NCBI GenBank assembly: GCA_030433005.1
Contig: JAUILQ010000008.1
Location: 17,106-81,105 of the forward strand
Direction: 5' to 3'
Source of the DNA: Alphaproteobacteria bacterium
Lineage (GTDB): Bacteria > Pseudomonadota > Alphaproteobacteria > Kiloniellales > DSM-21159
Length of the DNA stretch: 64,000 nucleotides
Made by a program: the position numbers and the translations under genes. Within the stretch, counting starts at the first letter, position 1; every line of letters begins with the position of its first letter. The notes beneath the pieces are model-generated. The model had not been told where the DNA came from, ran no database searches, and saw nothing but the letters and a program-made list of their open reading frames with translations. Below, piece by piece: positions 46,379 through 55,644 of this stretch.

Positions 46379-46643
46379 TCGGGGGGCGACCTGCAGGCTG
46401 CCTCGGAAACCCGCAGAACGGGTGCGTGGTGCGGGCGTCGGGAAGTGTATTTTGGATTAGTGCAAGATTAGGTCGCCGCGAGTAAGCGATTTCTTGCCCG
46501 GAAAAACTCATTCTCGAATCGGATCTTCCGAAAGTCGGGATCGCTTGACTGTCTGGCGGCCACAGATAGCATGCGAATGTCTGTGCAGGATAGAAACGCA
46601 AGCAACGATCTGCCGGCGGACCAGGGGCGGGGGGCAGAAGAGA

Positions 46644-48332
46644 ATGAAACACAAGCTGTCGTGGGGCGCCTGCGCCCTGGTCGCCGCGGGCTGCGTCGCG
46701 ACGCCGGCGGCCGCGCAGAACTTCGACACGATCCTGAGCATCTTCAGCCTCGGGCAGTTCCTTTCGAACGACAATCCCGAGGCCAACTTCGATCCGGACG
46801 GCGGCGACAGCTCGACGACCGGCACCTTCAACGGCCAGAGGATCACGATCACGGCGACCGACGGCACGACGCTCGACCAGGTGCCCGGCCGCCAGTCGAT
46901 CCGCCTGACGGTCAACGGCGACGCGGTCACGATCACCACCGACGCCTCAAGCTTCGGGGCGACCGGCTCGGGCTCGACGACGACCATCGAGGGCAACTTG
47001 CAGGGCGTCTCGATCGACGCCTCGGTCCAGGGCAACCTGCAGAGCATCCCGGATTCCTCGCGGATCTCGGGCACGCTCAACGGCGAGTCGATCGTCATCG
47101 AGCTGCCCTCCGGCGTCACCTTCCGCCAGCTGCAGCCCGGCAACACCCAGGTCGACCTGACGGTCGACGGCGAGTACCTCGGCGAGTTCTCGATCTTCGT
47201 GAACGACGAGCTGGTGTTCAGCGGCACGGTCGCGGAGCTCGAGGGCGACGCCATGACCGCCCTGCGCCTGGTCAGCGTGCTCAACCTGCTCAATCCGGTG
47301 ACCAACCTCAGCTACGAGGCCCAGCAGGTGCAGACCGGCCTGGTCCTGCAGTCGGTCAGCGAGCGCATCGCGACGGTCTTCGGCGCGCCGGGCGGAAGCG
47401 CGCTGCTGCCCAGCTTCGAGGCGGCAAGCCTCGGCCTGCGCCCGGACGAGCCGACGCAGCTCGCCATGGACCGGGACCGCTCGCTGACCGATCTCGGGAC
47501 CTTCGTCTCCGCCGTCGCCCAGTCGGCGAACGGCGAGCGCGTCGGCGACCGCCGCGCCTCCTTCGGGCTGTGGGCCGACTTCGCCTACACGGCCTTCGAG
47601 AACGGCAACGACCGCTACCGCTCGGACGGCGACATCTACGGCTTCCGGGTCGGCGGCGACGCGCTGCTCCAGCGCCGCTACCTCGTCGGCCTGGCTCTGG
47701 GCTTCGACCGCCTGCAGTCGGACGCCGGCGTCTCGAACCGCGGCCACCTGGAGCTCGACGCCTTCAACGTCTCGCCCTACGCCGCGGTCTCGCTGTTCGA
47801 CGGGCTGCTGGTCTCGGAGCTGGTGCTCAACTACGCCCGGCTCGACGTCTCGACGATCACCGGCCGCGGCCTCGCGACGCGCGCGGACGGCGAGACCCAG
47901 GGCGACAGCTACTCCGGGCGCCTGGGCGCGACGGTCAACCATGCGGTGCTCGACGGCTCGGTCCTGCTCAGCGGCATCGTCGGCCTGCAGGGCGGCTACC
48001 AGTCGATCGACGGCTTCACCGACAGCCGCGGCATCGAGATCGACCGCAGCCAGACGCCGATGGCAGAGGCCGATGTCGGCGCGCGGGCGAGCGCCCGCCT
48101 GCTGCCGTCGCTCGCGGTCTCCGGCCGCGCCGCCTACGTCTTCGACTTCAGCGACAGCTTCGACGACAGCCCCTACCTCGCCGAGCTCAGCGAGAACTAC
48201 GTCGAGCTCGGCGGCGGCGTGACCTGGAGCCCGCTGCCGGCGGCCTCGCTCGGCGCCGGCGGCTCGGTCAAGCTCGGCCTCGACGACCGCGAGGAGTACA
48301 CCCTGCGGCTCGACGCCAGCTACCGCTTCTAG
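46644..48332 (+). CDS. Autotransporter (type Va) outer-membrane protein with short passenger domain
   Basis: Signal peptide (ACALVAAGCVATPAAAQ). Repetitive beta-rich passenger (ITITATDG, VTITTDAS). C-terminal ~280 aa alternating beta-barrel pattern ending in YTLRLDASYRF. Confidence 0.85.
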   Translation: MKHKLSWGACALVAAGCVATPAAAQNFDTILSIFSLGQFLSNDNPEANFDPDGGDSSTTGTFNGQRITITATDGTTLDQVPGRQSIRLTVNGDAVTITTDASSFGATGSGSTTTIEGNLQGVSIDASVQGNLQSIPDSSRISGTLNGESIVIELPSGVTFRQLQPGNTQVDLTVDGEYLGEFSIFVNDELVFSGTVAELEGDAMTALRLVSVLNLLNPVTNLSYEAQQVQTGLVLQSVSERIATVFGAPGGSALLPSFEAASLGLRPDEPTQLAMDRDRSLTDLGTFVSAVAQSANGERVGDRRASFGLWADFAYTAFENGNDRYRSDGDIYGFRVGGDALLQRRYLVGLALGFDRLQSDAGVSNRGHLELDAFNVSPYAAVSLFDGLLVSELVLNYARLDVSTITGRGLATRADGETQGDSYSGRLGATVNHAVLDGSVLLSGIVGLQGGYQSIDGFTDSRGIEIDRSQTPMAEADVGARASARLLPSLAVSGRAAYVFDFSDSFDDSPYLAELSENYVELGGGVTWSPLPAASLGAGGSVKLGLDDREEYTLRLDASYRF

Positions 48333-48346
48333 GGTCCGGACCCTAG
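48329..48346. terminator. Perfect 18-bp palindrome CTAGGGTCC|GGACCCTAG between convergent autotransporter and mmuM genes; possible bidirectional hairpin
   Basis: Read directly. It includes the TAG stop of the autotransporter gene. No U-tract. Confidence 0.3.
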
Positions 48347-48352
48347 GCTGCG

Positions 48353-49276
48353 TCAAACCCGCGCGAAGGCGCGGGCGAGCTCGGCGATGTGCGCCGAGCC
48401 GATGCCGCAGCAGCCGCCGAGAATGCTCGCGCCGCCGGCGTGCCACTGCCGGGCGTAGGCCGCGTAGCGCTCGGGCGTCAGCTCCTCGCGCAGCGGATCC
48501 AGACCCGCGTTGGCCCGGCCAGGCGTGCGCTTCGGCACGAAGGCATTGGCGTAGACGCCGATCGGCAGCCGTCGGCCCGCCGCCTCGAAGGCGGCGACGG
48601 CCTGGCGGACCGCGCGCTCCATGACCTCGGGGCGGCTGCAGTTGAACAGCAGCGCCTCGACGCTGGCCGAGAGCGCCCAGTCCGCCGCCTGCTCGATGGT
48701 CTCGCCCGAGCGCAGGCGCGCCTCCGGGGCCGCCAGCGCCGCCTCGCCGTCATCGAGCGAAAAGGCGATCCAGAGCGGCCGTGGCGCGGCGCGGACCGTT
48801 TCGGCGACGGCCTCGGCCTCGGCGATCAGGCTCAGCGTCTCGCCGAGCCAGAGGTCCACCGAGGGCGCCAGCGCCTCGACCAGGACCGAGAGGATCGCCT
48901 GCGCCCGGCCGGTCTCGAAACCCGCAGGATCGTAGGCCCCGAAGGGCGGCGGCAGGCAGCCGGCGACGCGCACCGGCCGTCCGCTCGCCGTGTCGGCGGC
49001 CCGGCGGGCCAGCTCGCCGGACAGGCGGGCGAGAGCGGCACCGCTTTCGCGGAAGCGCGCCTCGCCGATGTGGAAGGGCACCAGCGCGAAGCTGTTGGTG
49101 GTGATCACCTCGGCGCCGGCCTCGACGAAGGCGCGGTGCGCGCGTTCCACGATCTCCGGCGTCTCGAGCAGCGCCAGCGCCGACCACTCCGGCTGGCGCA
49201 GCGGGGCGCCCAGGCGGGTCAGCTCGCGGCTCATGCCGCCGTCGAGAAGGATCGGGGAGGGGCGGGTCGTGGGCAT
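48353..49276 (-). CDS. mmuM: Homocysteine S-methyltransferase
   Basis: ILLDGGMSRELTRLG N-terminus, ITTNSF, and C-terminal zinc-site GGCCGIGSAHI. Confidence 0.88.
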   Translation of the reverse strand: MPTTRPSPILLDGGMSRELTRLGAPLRQPEWSALALLETPEIVERAHRAFVEAGAEVITTNSFALVPFHIGEARFRESGAALARLSGELARRAADTASGRPVRVAGCLPPPFGAYDPAGFETGRAQAILSVLVEALAPSVDLWLGETLSLIAEAEAVAETVRAAPRPLWIAFSLDDGEAALAAPEARLRSGETIEQAADWALSASVEALLFNCSRPEVMERAVRQAVAAFEAAGRRLPIGVYANAFVPKRTPGRANAGLDPLREELTPERYAAYARQWHAGGASILGGCCGIGSAHIAELARAFARV

Positions 49277-49302
49277 GGCGAAGCCGGGCTCTGGAACGGC
49301 AA

Positions 49303-49330
49303 CGGCCGGGCCCCGTTCGGGACCCGGCCG
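49303..49330 (-). terminator. Imperfect GC hairpin downstream of the NeuB-like gene
   Basis: cggccgggccccg / tt / cgggacccggccg (one mismatch), 31 nt after the stop at 49361. Weak T-rich run follows on the minus strand (ttgccgtt). Confidence 0.4.
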
Positions 49331-49360
49331 GTCGCTAGGTCGCGGCGAGGCGGTCTCGGC

Positions 49361-50410
49361 TCAGTCGAGGTCCTCGAAGGCGTAGTTCTCGTCTTCCTTG
49401 AGGGCGCGCTTCAGCTTGCGCCCGACGACCTTGTCGAACTCGTAGGGCGGCACGCCGTCGTTCGGCACCTTGATCGCGATGTCGTCGGCGGTGATCGTGT
49501 GGCCGGCCGGCAGGTCGCGCGCCGCGACCAGCTTCTTGGCCATCTTGAACAGCGGCTTGGCCTCGCTCGGGTAGGCGCGCTTCTTGCCGTCGCCCAGCGC
49601 CGTGCGGGTGCGCTCGAGGTCGCGGATCATCTTGCGCAGGCCGGTCGGCTCCAGCGAGAAGGCCTGGTCCGTGCCCTTCCAGGCGCGGTTCAGGGTGAAG
49701 TGCTTCTCGATCATCCGGGCGCCCAGCATGTAGGCGACCAGCGGCATGGCGATGCCGTTGTCGTGGGCCGAGAAGCCGATGACGATGTCGGGGAAGGCCT
49801 CGCGGAAGGTCTCGATGACCTTGAGGTTCAGCTCCGACCACTCCGGCGGATAGCCGCTGGTGCACTGCATGATGCAGACGTTCGGGTTGATCGGCATGAC
49901 CGCGTCGTAGGCGCGCTGGGCGTCTTCCATCGTGCCGCCGCCGGTCGAGAGGACCATCGGCTTGCCGATCTCGGCGACGTACTTGATCAGGGGGATGTTG
50001 GTCAGATCGCCCGAGGCGATCTTGTAGGCCGGCATGTCGAGCTCGGCCAGGAAGTCGGCGCTCTTGTGGTCGAAGGCCGTGGAGAAGAAGGTGATGCCGA
50101 GCTCCTTGGCGGTCGCCTGAAGCTCCTTGTAGGCGTCACGGCCGAACTCCAGGAACTCGCGGTGGGCGCCGTAGGTGTCCGCGTAGGCGTTCTCGCTGTT
50201 GTACGGGCTGTCGTACATCTCCTTGGTGAAGAGCGCACGGTTGTCGCGCTTCTGCAGCTTGACCGCCTGGGCGCCGCACTCCGCCGCCGCCCTGAACATC
50301 TCCTTGCACTTCTCCAGGTCGCCCTGGTGGTTGTGCCCGATCTCGGCGATCACGTAGGCATCGCTGTCGTCGGAGATCTCGATACCGTCAATCGTGAGCG
50401 TACGCGCCAT
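49361..50410 (-). CDS. neuB: NeuB-family ulosonic acid (phosphate) synthase with SAF domain; closer to the NANS / KDN-9-P synthase type than to classical bacterial NeuB
   Basis: VIAEIGHNHQGDLEKCKEM, KLQKRD...YDSPYNSENAYADTYGAHREFLEF, WKGTDQAFSLEP, and a C-terminal SAF-like domain. Start ATG 50410. Confidence 0.88.
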   Translation of the reverse strand: MARTLTIDGIEISDDSDAYVIAEIGHNHQGDLEKCKEMFRAAAECGAQAVKLQKRDNRALFTKEMYDSPYNSENAYADTYGAHREFLEFGRDAYKELQATAKELGITFFSTAFDHKSADFLAELDMPAYKIASGDLTNIPLIKYVAEIGKPMVLSTGGGTMEDAQRAYDAVMPINPNVCIMQCTSGYPPEWSELNLKVIETFREAFPDIVIGFSAHDNGIAMPLVAYMLGARMIEKHFTLNRAWKGTDQAFSLEPTGLRKMIRDLERTRTALGDGKKRAYPSEAKPLFKMAKKLVAARDLPAGHTITADDIAIKVPNDGVPPYEFDKVVGRKLKRALKEDENYAFEDLD

Positions 50411-50556
50411 CGTGGATCCGATCGGTGACTTGGAGGATTGGGGGGTGCCGGAGTCGGGCATCGGCTGGGGCCCTTCTGACGTCGCTGGGGTAGTGGCTTG
50501 GCGCCGGCTTGTCCACAGAATTTGTCGGCGGACGGCTGCGGCACTTTCCCGGGGTT

Positions 50557-51659
<1,103 letters not shown>

Positions 51660-51668
<9 letters not shown>

Positions 51669-52598
51669 AATGTCCTCGCGCCCGCGCAGCATCTCGACCA
51701 GCGGCTGCCAGCCGCGGCCCTCGGCGACCGCCCGTCCGCGCTCGGCGATGCCCTCGAGCGTCGCCTTGTCGAGCGGCAGCTCGCCGTGGCACTGGCGGAT
51801 GTCGACCAGGCTGTCGAGGTGCACGAAGTCGTGCGGCGAGTGCTCGTCGAGGTTGGTCAGCACTACCGCGCCGCACTGCATGGCGGTGTTGACCGAGGTG
51901 TTGTTGGCGCGCACGCCGCTGCCGAAGAAGGCCGCGAAGAAGGTGCAGCGCCGCAGGTAGTTGTAGAGCCCGGTGTCCGAGATGAAGCCGAGGAAGAAGA
52001 TCTTGTCGCCGAAGACCCGCTTCAGCTCCTCGTAGGCCGAGGTGAAGGAGTCGTCGAGGCTCTTGCCCTCGTGGATCGCCGCCGAGATGTAGAGGCAGTA
52101 GGACTTGCCGGTCGCCTCCAGCAGGTCGTGCAGCTCGTAGTAGTAGTCGGCGCGCACCTTGTGCGCCATGCCGAAGGTGTAGATCGAGATCTCGACGTCC
52201 TCGGGGAAGGGCACGGCATCGAACAGGTAGCCCGGGCACCAGGCCTCGACGACGTCGTCGTGCAGCGCCTCCAGCTCCTGGGCCAGCGCCTCGTTGCCGC
52301 AGTAGACCGTGCTGGCGCGGCGCAGCAGCTTGGCCTCGACCGGAGTCGCCGAGTAGTCGTGGAAGAACAGCCGCGGCTCGACCTGCGGGCCCCAGCCGTC
52401 GACCAGCGCCTCGAGGCGCTCGGCGTCGCCCTCGGCGAACTCGGAGAGCTTGAGCGACAGCAGCGGCCTGCGGCAGCGCGCCGCCTCCTCGGTGAACAGC
52501 TGGTGCATCGGCAGGCGGAGCTGATCGGCGAGCGCGCGGTTGAAGCGCGCGACGCCGCAGGTCAGCGGGTTCATGTGGTAGCTGAGAATCGAGTCCAT
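51660..52598 (-). CDS. Hypothetical protein, compact divergent GT-B/GT4-like glycosyltransferase suspected
   Basis: N-terminal NPLTCGVARFNRALADQL resembles the GGxxxxxxxLAxxL start of GT4 enzymes. The C-terminal FFAAFFGSGVRANNTSVNTAMQCGAVVLTN resembles the sugar-donor binding half. No firm family. Confidence 0.45.
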
Positions 52599-52614
52599 GT
52601 CGTGCGCGCCCCGC

Positions 52615-53724
52615 TCAGGCCCGCTCGGGCTTCTCGTAGACCAGGACCCGGCGCTTATCGAGCCAGTCCATGGCCTTCTCGAGGTCGGGGCGGCGCTTCA
52701 TGCCCTGCATGACGAACAGCAGGCGCAGCAGGTCCATGTTCATCAGCGTGATGTGGGTGGGGTCGACCTCGAACTCCGTGGTGACGTCGAACAGCGTCGG
52801 CGGCGCCGGATGGAAGCGGGTCGTCAGGTAGATGTACTTCGAGGTGATTCGGCAGAGGTTCTCGACGGCCTTCTGGACGTCGAGCACGCGCAGGTGCTCG
52901 AAGACCTCGCGGCAGATCACCAGCTCGTAGCCGTCGCTCGGCAGGTCGATGTCGGTGATCGAGCCGATGTGGATGCGCTCGCGGATCTCCGGCGGCGCGG
53001 TGTCCTTGCTGGCCTGGGAGAAGTCGACGCCGTCGGCCTTAACGCCCAGCTCGTGCAGCAGGTAGATCAGGTTGCCCGGGCCGCAGCCCATGTCGACGAT
53101 GCTCTTGGCCTGGAAGACGTCGCGGATCAGCTCGGGATTGCGGCCCTCGCGCTTGCGCCGCGCCTCCAGCTGGTAGGAGTTGGCCTCGTCGCGCCATTCG
53201 GCGTGGAAGTAGTCGGCGTCGTAGGCGTCGGCGCCCTCGGCCGACTGGTTCTGGACGAAGTCCTCGAACTTCGAGACCTGCTCGGTCAGGGAGTCGACGT
53301 CCAGGAACTCCCGCACGCGCTTGGTCGAGGAATCGGTCACCGTGTCGAGATAGACGATCTCGATGCCGTGCTTCTCGCAGACCGCGACCTCCTCGGCGGG
53401 CAGTCGGCCTTCCCAGTCCTTGCCCTTGACGTAGTACTTCGGCTGCAGCGCCTCGAGCACCGCGGCGGTCGTGCCCTCGGAGATGTGCACGTAGGAGATC
53501 GGCTTCAGCGCGGCGATGACCCGGGCGCGGGCGTCCTGCGGCAGCAGCACCCGGTGCTTCTTCGAGACGTAGGCGTCGCCGGTCAGGTTGCAGAGCACCG
53601 GCACGCCCAGCTTGGCGGCTTCCTCGAAGTAGGCGACGTGGCCGGCATGCAGGGGATCGAAGCCGCCGTCGACCATGGCGACGGCCTGACGGTGAGCGCT
53701 CAGCGCATCGGTCGAGAGAATCAC
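52615..53724 (-). CDS. Fusion protein: cytidylyl/adenylyl-transferase (HxGH nucleotidyltransferase, RfaE-II/TagD-like) + class I SAM-dependent methyltransferase
   Basis: N-terminal VDGGFDPLHAGHVAYFEEAAKLG ... YVKGKDW. C-terminal motif I IVDMGCGPGNLI and post-I DGVDFS. GTG 53724 is preceded by GGAG at -11. The upstream part of the track ORF is not protein-like. Confidence 0.75.
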   Translation of the reverse strand: MILSTDALSAHRQAVAMVDGGFDPLHAGHVAYFEEAAKLGVPVLCNLTGDAYVSKKHRVLLPQDARARVIAALKPISYVHISEGTTAAVLEALQPKYYVKGKDWEGRLPAEEVAVCEKHGIEIVYLDTVTDSSTKRVREFLDVDSLTEQVSKFEDFVQNQSAEGADAYDADYFHAEWRDEANSYQLEARRKREGRNPELIRDVFQAKSIVDMGCGPGNLIYLLHELGVKADGVDFSQASKDTAPPEIRERIHIGSITDIDLPSDGYELVICREVFEHLRVLDVQKAVENLCRITSKYIYLTTRFHPAPPTLFDVTTEFEVDPTHITLMNMDLLRLLFVMQGMKRRPDLEKAMDWLDKRRVLVYEKPERA

Positions 53725-53845
53725 GAAGTCACTCCGAACGGGAAGCCGCGCCAGGATTCGGCGCGAGAACGGCGGCGCAGGGTGCAGCTGCGAAAAGACA
53801 GCGGCGCCCTTATAGGAAAAAGCACCGGCCCGCGCCACCCGTCCG

Positions 53846-54604
53846 TCAGGGCTGCCCGGCGGAAAAGCCGTCGGCCCGGCCCGGCGCCAGCAGGCCCTTG
53901 CGGGCGAAGGCGATCTGGCGGCCGTCGCCGGTCACGTGGACCGGCTCCAGCCCGTCCTCCGCGAGCCGCTCGATCAGCGCCAGCGCGAGATCGCGCGGCG
54001 CCTCGCCGTCGTCCCCCGCGGGCGGCTCGCCGTCCTGCGGTTCGGTCAGCACCAGCAGCAGCGGCGCGCGCTCGCGCAGGGCCTGCAGGTCGCTGCGGCC
54101 GTCGCGCAGGTCGCGGGCCGAGACCACGCCGGCGGCGCCCTGCGCCAGCTCGGCCGGCAAGGGCTGCCCCGGGGCATGGAAGCGCTCGATCGGCAGGGCC
54201 AGCAGCTCGGCGGCGAAGCCGGGCAGGGGATGGGACTCCGGGGCGCCGACGAGCAGGATCCGCCGGATCTCGGCGCCGGCCGACCGTCCGTCGCGGACCA
54301 GCGCGATCAGCAGCCCCTCGTAGGACGCCTCGACCGCCGCCTCGGCGAGGTCGTAGGGTTCGGCGCCGAGCGCAGCGAGGCTCTCGCCGTGGCGCCGGCG
54401 CAGCAGGGCGGCGGTCAGGGCGAGCAGCCGGTGGCGGTGGCCGTTCGCGGTCTCGACGCGGCTGCGCAGCCGGCGCAGCGTGCGCCGCGTCGCCTCCTGG
54501 CCCTCCTCCAGCTCCAGCAGCTGATCGGCGAGGCGGGTCAGTGCCCGGCCCGGCCCGCGGCGGTCGTCGTCGGGGGAGGGGGCAACGTCGCGCTCGTCGG
54601 CCAT
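53846..54604 (-). CDS. Hypothetical protein (252 aa) with helical Arg/Glu/Leu-rich N-terminus
   Basis: Coding-like bias. Lies between two operon genes with 2-nt spacing to the upstream stop. N-terminal LTRLADQLLELEEGQEATRRTLRRLRSRVE is coiled-coil-like. No family recognised. Confidence 0.55.
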   Translation of the reverse strand: MADERDVAPSPDDDRRGPGRALTRLADQLLELEEGQEATRRTLRRLRSRVETANGHRHRLLALTAALLRRRHGESLAALGAEPYDLAEAAVEASYEGLLIALVRDGRSAGAEIRRILLVGAPESHPLPGFAAELLALPIERFHAPGQPLPAELAQGAAGVVSARDLRDGRSDLQALRERAPLLLVLTEPQDGEPPAGDDGEAPRDLALALIERLAEDGLEPVHVTGDGRQIAFARKGLLAPGRADGFSAGQP

Positions 54605-54606
54605 CG

Positions 54607-55644
54607 CTAGACCTCCTCCAGGGCGAAGCCGTCTGCCCGGAGCTCGTCCACGAAGGCCGCGCCCATGGTGTCGGCGCGGCGGCTCTCGTTGGGACGGAAG
54701 GCCTCCTCCGGCCGACGCGTCGGCAGGTCGGGGGCCAGGCCTTGGCGGACGAAGAAGGCGTTGGTCCCGGAGCTGTCGCAGGCGACGAGTCGGTAGCCGC
54801 GCTCGGCGGCCAGGGCCTCGAGCGCCGCCAGCGAGGCGCCGAAGCAGTGGCGCCGGCGGTCGAGCGGCGCGCCCAGCGGAACCGTCACCCGCGCCTCCGG
54901 GCCGAAGCGGTCGTTGTATTCCAGGACCAGCACGCGCGGGGTGCAGGCAGTCATCGCGCGCAGCACCCAGTAGTCGTAGGAGTCGATGTCGAGCGAGAAG
55001 AGATCGAGCTCGCCGGCGAGGCCCGCCTCCTCGATCAGCCGGTCGACGTTGTCGGGCGTGACCAGCGCGGTGACCACGCGCACCCGGCCGGTCGCGCCGA
55101 AGCGGGCGGCGGCGACCGGCGTCGCCTCGGGGTTGGCGTCGACCATCAGGCCGGACCAGCCGGCGCTGTGCGCCAGCAGCCCGCTGTTGCCGCCGGTACG
55201 GCCCGAGCCGAGCTCGACGAAGCGGCGATTCGGTGCGCCGCACAGCGAGAGCAGGGCGAGGACGTAGCCGTCCTCCTCGTTCTGGCTCATCAGGCTGAAG
55301 CGCCGGGCGTCGAGGGCCAGGCGGTCGGGCGCCTCGCCGGACAGCGCCTCGATCTCCTGGCGCAGCAGCGCGCGCAGGCCGCTCTCGGTCTTGCGCAGGC
55401 GCTTGGCCATCACCCAGGTCTCGGCCTCGAGCCGCTCCAGCTCCTTCTGCATCTCGGCCTGGCGCTTGGCGGCGCGGCCGGCGGCCTGGGTCAGCAGCGC
55501 CAGCTGCTCGGCGGTCGCCGCCGGCGGCCGCGGCCGGCGCAGCCGGGCGCGCAGGCCCGCCGAGCCTTCGGCGGTCGAACGGCCGAGCTCGGCCAGGCGG
55601 GCCAGCAGGCCGGCGCGGCGCGCCTCGGGCGTCTCCCTGCTCAC
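54607..55644 (-). CDS. FkbM-type methyltransferase-like protein with ~110 aa coiled-coil-like N-terminal extension
   Basis: C-terminal FVELGSGRTGGNSGLLA ... DLFSLDIDSYDYWVLRAM resembles FkbM/Methyltransf_21-type domains. N-terminal KRQAEMQKELERLEAETWVMAKRLRKTE. GTGA overlap with the upstream gene. Confidence 0.6.
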   Translation of the reverse strand: MSRETPEARRAGLLARLAELGRSTAEGSAGLRARLRRPRPPAATAEQLALLTQAAGRAAKRQAEMQKELERLEAETWVMAKRLRKTESGLRALLRQEIEALSGEAPDRLALDARRFSLMSQNEEDGYVLALLSLCGAPNRRFVELGSGRTGGNSGLLAHSAGWSGLMVDANPEATPVAAARFGATGRVRVVTALVTPDNVDRLIEEAGLAGELDLFSLDIDSYDYWVLRAMTACTPRVLVLEYNDRFGPEARVTVPLGAPLDRRRHCFGASLAALEALAAERGYRLVACDSSGTNAFFVRQGLAPDLPTRRPEEAFRPNESRRADTMGAAFVDELRADGFALEEV

